A stretch of DNA of 63,105 nucleotides from an uncultured Gammaproteobacteria bacterium. Its GTDB lineage: Bacteria; Patescibacteriota; Microgenomatia; UBA10105; UBA927. Location: NCBI GenBank assembly GCA_964621305.1, contig CAZUOM010000002.1, forward strand, positions 1 to 63,105, in the 5' to 3' direction. Both the position numbers and the translations under genes were made by a program. Shown here piece by piece: positions 41,087-49,683 of this stretch (position 1 is its first letter; each line of letters begins with the position of its first letter). The notes beneath the pieces were generated by a model. The model saw only the letters and a list, made by a program, of their open reading frames with translations. It did no database searches and was not told the DNA's origin.

Positions 41087-41509
41087 TCAAACATCTGCGG
41101 ACCTCCAAACATTTGCTATCATTTCTTGTAATTTAAAAAAGTCAACTTTATGATTATATCTAATTTTAAAAGTTCCCAACTCGTTGGGTTTATACTTGCT
41201 ATTTTTTTGTTTCAACAGAATAACTTTTTGAAATTGACGTTTCGGAATTCCAGACCGTCTTGACCAAAAATTTTTTAACTTTTCAATGTTATAATCAGGA
41301 TACAAAAAAAGTTGGCCCCTCACCCTTGTTGAGTCAACCGCTAAAATCTCTCTGAGAAATTTGCAAAACAACGCAATAATTTCCGGCTTAGAATTAGTTA
41401 ACTCGATTGCATAAATCCAATGACTTTTTTCTTTTTGACTGTTTCTCGCTTTAGTTCCTTCGCAGGCGTAAAGCATCGCACCTGCTAGTTTTAGCTGACT
41501 CTTGGTCAT
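41087..41509 (-). CDS. Single-motif LAGLIDADG-like protein adjacent to tRNA
   Basis: LAGAMLYACEGTK ... ELTNSKPEII..F..FL ... FWS...GIP..QF ... GTFKIRY. Confidence 0.55.
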   Translation of the reverse strand: MTKSQLKLAGAMLYACEGTKARNSQKEKSHWIYAIELTNSKPEIIALFCKFLREILAVDSTRVRGQLFLYPDYNIEKLKNFWSRRSGIPKRQFQKVILLKQKNSKYKPNELGTFKIRYNHKVDFFKLQEMIANVWRSADV

Positions 41510-41560
41510 GTACGCTAGTATAGCGTACTACCCTCAAATGTCTGCTTTTTAGGTGGGTTT

Positions 41561-42445
41561 TTACTTATAACGCGATATGAGGTACACGCCGGAGACAAGA
41601 AGCGCGGCCCCTAACAGAAACGAGCTGGCAATAGTTTCGCCAAACACAAAAAATCCCGCAACGCCTGCAGTTGCCGTATTGAGGTACACGATGCTACTAG
41701 TCAAAAGTGTTGATCCGTACTTGATGCCAAAGTTATATAGATACCACATGACGATACTCAAAACTATCCCAACAAACAGAAGCGCTGCCCATCCGACAGC
41801 TGACAGCGAGGCAATGGCTGCCATTTGATTACCTTCAAATATAATCATCGCGCCGATAGAGGCAACCAGTGTCATAAATGCAGTTGCTGCCGTAATCTCA
41901 ATGGGTGTGACAATCGTACTGATTCGCTTTGCAGCCAAAAGATAGAGCGACCAACAAATGGTTGCGAGCGTCAATAAAGTATTGCCGTATACAGTGCCTA
42001 GTCCAACAGCGCCGCTTGCGGGATGTAAAACTATAATAAGTGTCCCGCTTAAGCCAAAAAGTATTCCGAGAAGTTGCCTCGGCTGAAATGATTTTTTTGT
42101 CCCAATAGTTTGCTCGATAAACATAAGAACCGGAACGGCTCCATACAAAAGTTGCGATACGGCGCTCGTTGTATAGCCAACGCCTAAAATGAAAAGAAAA
42201 ATATTGCCGGCAAAAAATGCGCTTAATAGGACCAGTTTCTTCCAGTGGGCAATCAAAGCTGGTGCCTGGCGATAGACCAGCGGCACAAGGATGACGCTGG
42301 CGACAGCGTAGCGCAAAAACGTAATAGTCATGGGAGGCAATTCGCGGAGAAGAATTTTTGCAGCAATCGGCGCAAGTCCGCCGAGAATCCCCGCGCAAAC
42401 TAGTGCAAGCGTTGCAGTGGTCGCTTTATTTTGCAAACTCTTCAT
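41561..42445 (-). CDS. DMT/EamA-family transporter
   Basis: About 10 TM segments, duplicated EamA pattern, GET/LGAALLVSG ending. Confidence 0.9.
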   Translation of the reverse strand: MKSLQNKATTATLALVCAGILGGLAPIAAKILLRELPPMTITFLRYAVASVILVPLVYRQAPALIAHWKKLVLLSAFFAGNIFLFILGVGYTTSAVSQLLYGAVPVLMFIEQTIGTKKSFQPRQLLGILFGLSGTLIIVLHPASGAVGLGTVYGNTLLTLATICWSLYLLAAKRISTIVTPIEITAATAFMTLVASIGAMIIFEGNQMAAIASLSAVGWAALLFVGIVLSIVMWYLYNFGIKYGSTLLTSSIVYLNTATAGVAGFFVFGETIASSFLLGAALLVSGVYLISRYK

Positions 42446-43043
42446 GGAGGCTGTCACGGATGTTTTTCCACCAGTCTTGGGAACTTGAGATAACTAAATC
42501 TTGCGCCAATGCAATGGCCTCCGGCAGCCGCAAGCGCTTGATATTACCGTCGATCCATTCCTGGGCGTGGGTGTTGCCTTTTTCCAAAAGGAGCTTGAGT
42601 TCGACGAGAAACGCAATCACGTTGGCCTCGTAGACTATTTTGGCTTCAAGCGTTTCTTTTTTTTCGTAGGTATTGAGCATCTTAAGCAACTCATTATCAA
42701 CGCCTTCAAATATATCGCGGTTGGCTTTGTCCTGATCGCGCGTCATGTAGAACTTGGCGATCTTATCAAGATCCCCGGTGCGGGCTTCGTGGAAATCGTG
42801 GAAAACTGCCATCGTCAAAACGGTTTCCATGTTTACCGTTTTTATAAGGTCTCTCCTTGCCTCTTGCAAGGAGAGACCTTTAGAAATTTCTTTCGCAAGG
42901 AAATACGCAATTACACACGTCATAAATGTATGTTCCCCCACCCCTTCCTCGTTGTCCCCAAGAATTTGCCAGCCTGTCCGAAGCATCCGCTTGACTACAG
43001 CTGCTTCATATACGAGATTGGTAATTGCTTTAGTGTTTTTCAT
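42426..43043 (-). CDS. HD-domain phosphohydrolase (YfbR-like)
   Basis: R.GW...E.VGEH, HDFHEARTGD; palindromic insert. Confidence 0.88.
   Translation of the reverse strand: MKNTKAITNLVYEAAVVKRMLRTGWQILGDNEEGVGEHTFMTCVIAYFLAKEISKGLSLQEARRDLIKTVNMETVLTMAVFHDFHEARTGDLDKIAKFYMTRDQDKANRDIFEGVDNELLKMLNTYEKKETLEAKIVYEANVIAFLVELKLLLEKGNTHAQEWIDGNIKRLRLPEAIALAQDLVISSSQDWWKNIRDSLHEEFAK
42846..42880. repeat. Perfect 15-bp inverted repeat inside the HD gene
   Basis: AAGGTCTCTCCTTGC-CTCTT-GCAAGGAGAGACCTT. Confidence 0.9.
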
Positions 43044-43083
43044 GGGCGTTTACGCAGAAAATCGCGTCTTCGCGATTATTCTG

Positions 43084-43155
43084 CGCTCTCGGGCAGAGTC
43101 GAACTGCCATCCCAGCCTTCGGAGGGCCGCGTTCTATCCATTGAACTACGAGAGC
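43084..43155 (-). tRNA. tRNA-Arg(CCG)
   Basis: Cloverleaf, anticodon loop CTCCGAA. Confidence 0.93.
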
Positions 43156-43182
43156 CTAGGGATATTATATCGCAGAAGAACG

Positions 43183-43601
43183 TCACTCCTCTATATTGGT
43201 AATGTCTCCCTGTAGGACAACCGGCTGCATGGCATGCAACTCTAAACTATACTCCATCGTGGGTAAATCATATAACACGTAGATCTTTTTCTTTAGAAAA
43301 TAAGCTACTCCCATCTCCAAAAACGAATTGCCGCCGATGTAGCAGGCAACGCCGTGTTTTGCAGGATTGACCACAAGAATCGCCTCTGATCGTTTTATTT
43401 TCTCAAAGTGTTCGCTCAAGAAGTGATACTTTTCTTCGGCTTGCAAACGCTCTTCTGTTGTCACCGGCTTTTGGAATCCTTTCTCCTCCATGAGCGTAAG
43501 ACTTGGGGCACCAGCGGTGTATGCCCAAGAGCTTTGAGCGCTTTTTCCACGTCGCGCATTTCTTTATGAAACGTAGTGCTACCGCAGATAGTTATAACCA
43601 T
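43183..43601 (-). pseudogene. Nucleoside 2-deoxyribosyltransferase-like gene with a frameshift near 43505-43512
   Basis: MVITICGS...GH...P in one frame, continuing ...SEAILVVN...YIG..S.LEM..A..LKK.IY in another. Confidence 0.65.
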
Positions 43602-43604
43602 AAG

Positions 43605-43691
43605 CGGAGGCGAGAGGATTTGAACCTCTGTGAGCCTTACGGCCCGCTCGGTTTTCGAGACCGGCCAAATAAACCACTCTTGCACGCCTCC
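43605..43691 (-). tRNA. tRNA-Ser(CGA)
   Basis: Long variable arm GGGCC-GTAA-GGCTC, anticodon loop CTCGAAA. Confidence 0.92.
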
Positions 43692-43717
43692 CGAAATAAT
43701 TTCTTCGAAATTTTCTG

Positions 43718-43789
43718 TGTCCCCGAGCAGAGTCGAACTGCTATTTCAGCCTTCGCAGGGCCGCGCTCTATCCATTGAGCTACGAGGAC
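43718..43789 (-). tRNA. tRNA-Arg(GCG)
   Basis: Cloverleaf, anticodon loop CTGCGAA. Confidence 0.92.
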
Positions 43790-43828
43790 AATGCTTATAT
43801 TTTACTATAGAAGCCAATGGAAGGCTAG

Positions 43829-44344
43829 TTATGCTGGCTTCTCTAGAGGGATTTTCTTCGTGAGCCAGCTAGCGGCGTTGTCGACCCATGTTTTTTCAGG
43901 AATTTCTCGAAAAGGAATGTGCTTTGCTATGACCTCTCGTACTTTCTCTTCATTGTAAATGCCAAGAAGGACGATCATCCGCGACCCGAGAAGTGTCCGG
44001 ACTACCAACGTGGATTGCCCCCACTGCTCCTCAAACCAAAAATCCGCGAGTGTCTCCCACCGGTAAAAGTGTCCAGCGATTTCGATACCCAGGTTGGTCA
44101 CCTTATGTTCTACTTCCTCTGGTGGCACGGTGGAAAGCACATAAATGAGAAATACGATCGAAAGAACTGCGGCAATCAGAACGAATTCGCGGGCAAAAAC
44201 CAAAATCACAAGTAGGAGAAAAACAATAGCGGCAATGTTGGTAAAATATTCCCGATCCCGCTTCTTAAACAGTCGAGATGGTGATGTCCAAGACAGATAT
44301 ACTTCCAGCTCTGCGCCTTCACGTTGTGAAACGTCGTTTACCAT
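43829..44344 (-). CDS. Two-TM hypothetical membrane protein
   Basis: WTSPSRLFKKRD, two TM helices, beta-rich tail. Confidence 0.75.
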   Translation of the reverse strand: MVNDVSQREGAELEVYLSWTSPSRLFKKRDREYFTNIAAIVFLLLVILVFAREFVLIAAVLSIVFLIYVLSTVPPEEVEHKVTNLGIEIAGHFYRWETLADFWFEEQWGQSTLVVRTLLGSRMIVLLGIYNEEKVREVIAKHIPFREIPEKTWVDNAASWLTKKIPLEKPA

Positions 44345-44417
44345 ACAAACCAGTATAACCCATTGTTATAGAACTTGTAACATTTCTTTTTAAAATACAG
44401 TTTGATAAACTTAGTAT

Positions 44418-45038
44418 ATGATTGCGTTGCGTTTTTTTGTTACCACTCTTTTTGTCGGTGCGCTTTCTCTATTGATAGAACCAGTAATGGCAGTATGTCA
44501 ACCCATCAATGGGTGGACAGCACTGTGTGATGTTGGCATAAACTGCGGTGTCACCAAAAGACAAACCTACCCGGATATTTCAAATGTTTGCTGTAGCAAC
44601 ATTTCCGAGTGCCAAAACGTAGATCCACAAACACTTAATTACAGCACCCATGACTTCTCCGGAGCTGGGACAGGACTAGTAGACACGAGGACTACACCGG
44701 GGCCATCGCAGAAATCAGGCTCATCGATTTCTCCATTTGACGGCTGCCCTAATAAAAAAGTCAATACCGCTTTCGGATGTATTGATGCAAAGCCCGAAGG
44801 GTTATTTAGATTATTTTTTCGCCTCGGCATCGGCATTGCCGGCGGTATTGCATTTCTCCTGATTATGTTCGGAGGATTTCAGATCATGACCTCAGCAGGA
44901 AACCCGGAACATCTCAATGAAGGAAAAGAGCTCGTATCCTCTGCCATCGCAGGGCTGCTCATGGTGATATTTTCTGTCTTTTTATTACAAGTCATTGGCG
45001 TTCATATTCTTTGCATTCCGGGATTTGGAAGTTGCTAA
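44418..45038 (+). CDS. VirB2/TrbC-like pilin with a Cys-rich N-domain
   Basis: Full signal peptide; GGF.IMTSAGNPE....GKE....AI.GL pilin core. Confidence 0.75.
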   Translation: MIALRFFVTTLFVGALSLLIEPVMAVCQPINGWTALCDVGINCGVTKRQTYPDISNVCCSNISECQNVDPQTLNYSTHDFSGAGTGLVDTRTTPGPSQKSGSSISPFDGCPNKKVNTAFGCIDAKPEGLFRLFFRLGIGIAGGIAFLLIMFGGFQIMTSAGNPEHLNEGKELVSSAIAGLLMVIFSVFLLQVIGVHILCIPGFGSC

Positions 45039-45039
45039 T

Positions 45040-45411
45040 ATGGAAAAAATTTTCGCACAAGTGGTAACACTGCCAGGAAATACTGCCATCAGGGGCATCG
45101 ATGCAGCACCAGAAACCATAGGAGTCCTCATCGGCCGCATGGTTCCCTACCTTTTTGCCTTTGCAGGATTTGGGCTTCTCCTGGTTATAATCAGGGCGGG
45201 ATTTACGCTCCTTACCTCTTCCGGGGATGCCAAAAAAATTGAACAGGGCAAGCAGCAATTAACGATGGGCGTCGCCGGCTTCTTTATTATTTTTGCATCC
45301 TTCTGGATTGTTCAGGCAGTAGGAACAATTCTTGGATACGGACCAGCAAAACAAATATTTATCCCAAAAGCACCCAGCGTAACCGTGCCACGTCTCGGCG
45401 GGCCCCGGTAA
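45040..45411 (+). CDS. VirB2/TrbC-like pilin
   Basis: AGF.LLTSSGDAKKIEQGKQQLT.G..G; leader MEKIFAQ. Confidence 0.75.
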   Translation: MEKIFAQVVTLPGNTAIRGIDAAPETIGVLIGRMVPYLFAFAGFGLLLVIIRAGFTLLTSSGDAKKIEQGKQQLTMGVAGFFIIFASFWIVQAVGTILGYGPAKQIFIPKAPSVTVPRLGGPR

Positions 45412-45420
45412 CACAGAAGT

Positions 45421-46119
45421 CTACTTTCCAAATCTGCGCTGGCGGGAGGTGAACTGAGCAATCACATCATCCAGTTTTTCCGGAGTAAATTCCGGCATAA
45501 ACCACTGGGGAAAATAGATCTCGCTGTAAACAGACTGCCAAGGTAAAAATCCGCTCAGTCGCTGTTCCCCTCCAGTGCGGACAATCATCTCCGGATCGGG
45601 AATGCCGGAAGTATCAAGACAATTGTTAAATTGTTCCATTGTTAAATTATTACAGTTTCCTCTCACATTAAGCAACTTATTTATTGCTCGAATAATCTCG
45701 TCTCTTCCTCCGTAGTTGAGCGCAAAGATTGCCGTAATAGCGGTGTTGTTTTTCGTTTGTTCCACAACTTTATCCAGGGCATCTTTAATGTGGTTAGAGA
45801 ATTTACTGGTGTCGCCAATCACCTTAATCTGCACTCCCTTTTTATGCAGCCGGTACCATCGGTCTTTGATGATATACCGAAAAATCCGCATGATTCCTTC
45901 GACTTCTTTTTTATCCCTCTTCCAATTTTCTGTCGACCACGCCCAAAAGGTCATGTATTTGATACCGCGTTTGGTAGCATACTCAATAAGCGGCTCAAGA
46001 ATGTCATCGGCAACCTTCTTATGCCCGGCCAATGGTGATAGTCCGTGTGTCTTTGCCCACCTGCGGTTGCCATCCATGATAATGGCTATATGAAGGGGGA
46101 CATTGGTAAATTGTTTCAT
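45421..46119 (-). CDS. uppS: cis-prenyltransferase (undecaprenyl diphosphate synthase)
   Basis: HIAIIMDGNRRWA, STENW.R, LNYGGR.E, RTGGE.RLSGF. Confidence 0.97.
   Translation of the reverse strand: MKQFTNVPLHIAIIMDGNRRWAKTHGLSPLAGHKKVADDILEPLIEYATKRGIKYMTFWAWSTENWKRDKKEVEGIMRIFRYIIKDRWYRLHKKGVQIKVIGDTSKFSNHIKDALDKVVEQTKNNTAITAIFALNYGGRDEIIRAINKLLNVRGNCNNLTMEQFNNCLDTSGIPDPEMIVRTGGEQRLSGFLPWQSVYSEIYFPQWFMPEFTPEKLDDVIAQFTSRQRRFGK
45620..45651. repeat. (AAYAATNN)4 in-frame insert in uppS
   Basis: Encodes NNLTMEQFNN. Confidence 0.8.
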
Positions 46120-46131
46120 TGTTAAATTGTT
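46100..46131. repeat. (AACAATNN)4 at the NUDIX/uppS junction
   Basis: Supplies the NUDIX stop and the probable uppS start. Confidence 0.8.
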
Positions 46132-46646
46132 AAAAACCCGATATGTTTCAGTGTCGCCGCGGCCCACGTTGAAAGCATTACCTCTCCGGATGAAATTTTT
46201 TTATCAAGCTCTTCTTTACTGAAAAAGGCAACGTGATCGATTTCGTCAGGACTGGTCTGGAACGGACCTTCATATATAGTCTTGTACAGCGCGTTCATTT
46301 CTGCTTCCCGTTCATCTTCAAAGTATCGAGTGTGGAGGTGCTTCACTGGTACATCAATACCGAGCTCTTCTACAAGCTCCCGCCTCACCGCTTGCTCGTA
46401 AGTTTCTCCTTTGGAAACATGACCTGCTGCGGAAATGCCCCAGTATCCAGGTTGTAAATCTTTGGTCAAGCTCCGCTTCTGCAGAAGAATCCTGCCTTTC
46501 TTGTCGAAAATAACGACTCCTACGGCGCGATGGATGAGCGCTTTGTCCCGATGACACTCTGTTCGCATACGGTACCCCAAGACATTGTCATTGCGGTCAA
46601 CGACAATAAAAAGCTCATGTAAATCATCAGTTATTTGTCGTTTCAT
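46122..46646 (-). CDS. NUDIX hydrolase, IPP-isomerase-like
   Basis: HRAV...ILLQKRS..K...PG.W..SAAGHV..GE......RELVEELG. Confidence 0.85.
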   Translation of the reverse strand: MKRQITDDLHELFIVVDRNDNVLGYRMRTECHRDKALIHRAVGVVIFDKKGRILLQKRSLTKDLQPGYWGISAAGHVSKGETYEQAVRRELVEELGIDVPVKHLHTRYFEDEREAEMNALYKTIYEGPFQTSPDEIDHVAFFSKEELDKKISSGEVMLSTWAAATLKHIGFLTI

Positions 46647-47458
46647 GCTTCCACACGCGTCCCCAATACGCTCTCCCCTGCAACGGCTTGTGAAAGTGTC
46701 CCCTGCTCAATGCCATCGATGATAAGGCCGGGGATCCCCGCTTTGGCAAGCACCAGAGATTCCTCCACTTTGTGTTCCATGCCGCCCGTCACGTCGGTGC
46801 CGTGAGATCCGGTGACTGCGGCCTGATATGTTGAGAAAGTTTTAGGAGTAATCAACCCAATGGTGTTTCCGCCGGAATCATACACTCCATTGGTTTGTCC
46901 GCAATGGATGATTCTTTCAATCTCATAGCCTTTCTTTTTTAGATGCAGGGCCAAATATCCGAGGACTTTTTCCGTTGAAAAAATTGTACAGCCGGCTCCT
47001 GTGTCCAAGATAACGTCACCGTAAACCACAGGCATTAAATCCAGCCGCAGCAATTGTTCGAGGCTATCTGTGTTTAAAGATTTCAAAACAAAATTGTCGG
47101 AAACCATGATTGAGAGAGGACTTATGGAAACTGCACGAACTCCTTTTTCAATTAATTTTTTTACTACTATTCGATTGAGCTGTCCTGCAACGTCTGCTAC
47201 CTCCACAAGTCCCTGGAGACTATCATTATTGATCACCCCTTTGTGTGTTTGGTATTTCTTTGCCGGCACGTGTCCAAATGATCCGGCTCCATGACCGACG
47301 ACGAGCTGCTTGCCAAGTCCTTGCGCTCTCTTAATTTCTCTACAAATAATATCAAGCGCCCGCTCATTAAGCGTGTATGGCTTAGTTTTATCCGTAATAA
47401 GCGACCCACCGATTTTTATAAAAATAGTTGGTTTTCGTGAAAAAAGATTTCGCTTCAT
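46643..47458 (-). CDS. ipk: Isopentenyl phosphate kinase (amino-acid-kinase fold)
   Basis: KIGGSLITDK, GHGAGSFGH, P..YGDV, DVTGGM..K. Confidence 0.88.
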   Translation of the reverse strand: MKRNLFSRKPTIFIKIGGSLITDKTKPYTLNERALDIICREIKRAQGLGKQLVVGHGAGSFGHVPAKKYQTHKGVINNDSLQGLVEVADVAGQLNRIVVKKLIEKGVRAVSISPLSIMVSDNFVLKSLNTDSLEQLLRLDLMPVVYGDVILDTGAGCTIFSTEKVLGYLALHLKKKGYEIERIIHCGQTNGVYDSGGNTIGLITPKTFSTYQAAVTGSHGTDVTGGMEHKVEESLVLAKAGIPGLIIDGIEQGTLSQAVAGESVLGTRVEA

Positions 47459-47462
47459 GTTG

Positions 47463-48263
47463 TCAAACCCAAACGCTTCCTGAGCTGACGTTACTACGAA
47501 CGTACAGTATATTTAGCTGCATATCGTGCCTAGCGGACGACACCTCTTTAATAAAACTGCCATTACTTCTGGCCCCGAACAATTTGTCCTGTTGAAATCG
47601 CCAATCTGCCACCATACCAAGAACCCCTCGTCTTGCGGCAAGTCCGCCAAGCAAAATATTTGGCTCGGTCCACATAGGCATATCTGTCTCTCCGTCAATC
47701 GCGCGTATTGGAACATCGCGGATAATCCCAGGAGAAACGTAACCAGAAAATAGTTTTACCAATACGTGAGTTTTCACTTCACCATACTTGTTCGCTACAG
47801 GATACGCGTATGTCCCAAGTGGAACAGGCGATAGTTGAACAAGCCCATTATGCCAACCCATTTCTTCTCTAAGTGCCCTGCTTAAAATCCTTTCTTCACT
47901 CTCTGTTTCAAAACCTGATTCGGCAAGAATGCTAAAATCTCCTGCTTTTCGATCGACAATCGGTTTATCAATTCGTTCTCTTTGCACAAATATTAGTGCC
48001 CGACCATCAATTATTGTATATAGAACAGCGGCAACTCCAAATAATTTTTGGTCAAAACCCAGTTCTCCACAAGCCCTTGACTCCTTAATCCAATTTTCTA
48101 AGACGCTATCTCCCATTTGTTCTACTCCCTGATCGCTTACTGTCACCCGGGAGGATCCTTTGCCTGAAAAAAACACAGTAGCGTCTCCACTTATCGGATA
48201 TCCATTACTCGAAAACCCATCTGTGACCAATAACTGATTCCAGCCGTATTCTACTATTTTCAT
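47463..48263 (-). CDS. Divergent NUDIX-like hypothetical protein
   Basis: Partial Nudix box ...ESG.E......RALREEMG. Confidence 0.55.
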   Translation of the reverse strand: MKIVEYGWNQLLVTDGFSSNGYPISGDATVFFSGKGSSRVTVSDQGVEQMGDSVLENWIKESRACGELGFDQKLFGVAAVLYTIIDGRALIFVQRERIDKPIVDRKAGDFSILAESGFETESEERILSRALREEMGWHNGLVQLSPVPLGTYAYPVANKYGEVKTHVLVKLFSGYVSPGIIRDVPIRAIDGETDMPMWTEPNILLGGLAARRGVLGMVADWRFQQDKLFGARSNGSFIKEVSSARHDMQLNILYVRSNVSSGSVWV

Positions 48264-48811
48264 ATATCGAATAGCTCCTTTTCGAACTTTAGCTCCTTTA
48301 CTATAAGACTAAGCCAAGGCGCATACTTATCCGCGTCAACAACCCTCTCTTTTTTTACAGTTGCCCACTCAACCCACCGATAATCGTCTGCCTCACGTTT
48401 ATTCAATTTCGGTTCACCGTCCCACTGCCCAACCAAAACATAATCCACTTCTTGTTCTAAAAATTCATCATTGTATTTGGCTGCATAGACTAACGGGAAA
48501 ACGACGCGGAGTTTTTGTTCATTAATTTCTATTCCCATCTCTTCTTTCAGCCTCCGAACCGCGCAGGCTTTCAACGACTCTCCATCGCGCGGGTGGGTGC
48601 TAGTTGTGTCTGCCCAGTACAGCGGCCAAAGAAGTTTAGTTTTCCCTCTCTGCTGGAGAAGCACTTCTGTTTTCCCGTTTTTCTTTCGATACAACAACAC
48701 TGAAATTGCCCGATGAAGGTGGCCTGGTGCTCTGTGCGCAGCCAGTTTTTCCATCAGGCCGACTTTGTTATCGTTTTTATCAACCAAGACTACCTGTTCC
48801 ATAAGAATCAA
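48260..48811 (-). CDS. idi: Type 1 isopentenyl-diphosphate isomerase-like protein
   Basis: LHRAISV, LLQQR..K..WP..W....HP, EEMG, EQEVD, PW; Ser in place of the catalytic Cys. Confidence 0.8.
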   Translation of the reverse strand: MILMEQVVLVDKNDNKVGLMEKLAAHRAPGHLHRAISVLLYRKKNGKTEVLLQQRGKTKLLWPLYWADTTSTHPRDGESLKACAVRRLKEEMGIEINEQKLRVVFPLVYAAKYNDEFLEQEVDYVLVGQWDGEPKLNKREADDYRWVEWATVKKERVVDADKYAPWLSLIVKELKFEKELFDI

Positions 48812-49425
48812 ATAAACGGTACTTTAAAAATACCCAGGCGGTACATGACGAACGAATAGATACCAAGTGGAGGCGTTGCGATGGCGGCAACCACAAGGAT
48901 TTTGGCCAAATCCAGCTTTAGCCCGAACCGCATCGTCAGATACGCAAGCATTCCTTTCCAAAAAAAGAGTGTTGCCGAAAAAACTAAAAACAATAAGCTA
49001 AACGCAACGCCCTGGGGGCTCGTCGTCCGGGGGGGCGGCAAAACAACGTAGAGAAGGGATGTTACCAAAAACCAAAGAACCGTAGGAATAAGCGTGTATG
49101 CCCAGGCAAGAGCCAGTCGAGACGGTTGACCTTTTCCGCCAACAAAATTACCCACAAACCAAAGGAGGCCGACGACTGCTAGATATGTCGCCGCCGTTGC
49201 GGATGTCAAAACGAAAAATTGCTTGGTAAGTAAAAACGGACGGAATGCAGCAGTTTTAACCAGGCTTGCAACGGCAAAATAAAATGCCAGGAGAACTGCA
49301 ATATAGACTGATTCTAATAAGCTTCCTTGGTATGCGATACGCCGGTACGTTTCATACGGCCTAGTTACCATACCAACAACCGTTCGTATAAATTGCACGC
49401 CGGAGAAAATGAGCTGGTCAATCAC
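48808..49425 (-). CDS. Yip1-like membrane protein
   Basis: PY.TY.RI, five TM segments, GG.G...LAWAY..IP. Confidence 0.7.
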   Translation of the reverse strand: MIDQLIFSGVQFIRTVVGMVTRPYETYRRIAYQGSLLESVYIAVLLAFYFAVASLVKTAAFRPFLLTKQFFVLTSATAATYLAVVGLLWFVGNFVGGKGQPSRLALAWAYTLIPTVLWFLVTSLLYVVLPPPRTTSPQGVAFSLLFLVFSATLFFWKGMLAYLTMRFGLKLDLAKILVVAAIATPPLGIYSFVMYRLGIFKVPFI

Positions 49426-49452
49426 GATATATAATTAGTCGTAAAAAGAGGG

Positions 49453-49683
49453 TTAGAACCCTCGTTGGAGCAAAGAAACAAGGAAAGTGATGGCTGAACC
49501 AACAAGAATATAAGTACTTAGAACCAAAAAACTAGCGCCAAGTATTAATAGTGGCCACGGCATGATTTTTAGGTGTTTGACAAGCCTTTTATATGCCGGA
49601 GTCAGCGGCCCCAATCTTTGCGGCGGCAGCTCCATGACCTCTTCAAAACGGGCAACAAATTTCTGGTAGGCGATCTTTGTCAT
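49453..49683 (-). CDS. Small single-TM protein next to the ECF sigma factor
   Basis: LPPQRLGPLT, then a TM; ATGA overlap with the sigma gene. Confidence 0.7.
   Translation of the reverse strand: MTKIAYQKFVARFEEVMELPPQRLGPLTPAYKRLVKHLKIMPWPLLILGASFLVLSTYILVGSAITFLVSLLQRGF

Noticed and set aside
40814-41153. ORFs of 81-83 aa over tRNA-Ser
   Set aside because: They overlap a clear tRNA; only a short basic 3' portion could be coding, with no support.
43461-43863. ORFs spanning the tRNA-Ser/Arg genes
   Set aside because: They read through tRNA sequence; the real start is ATG 43601.
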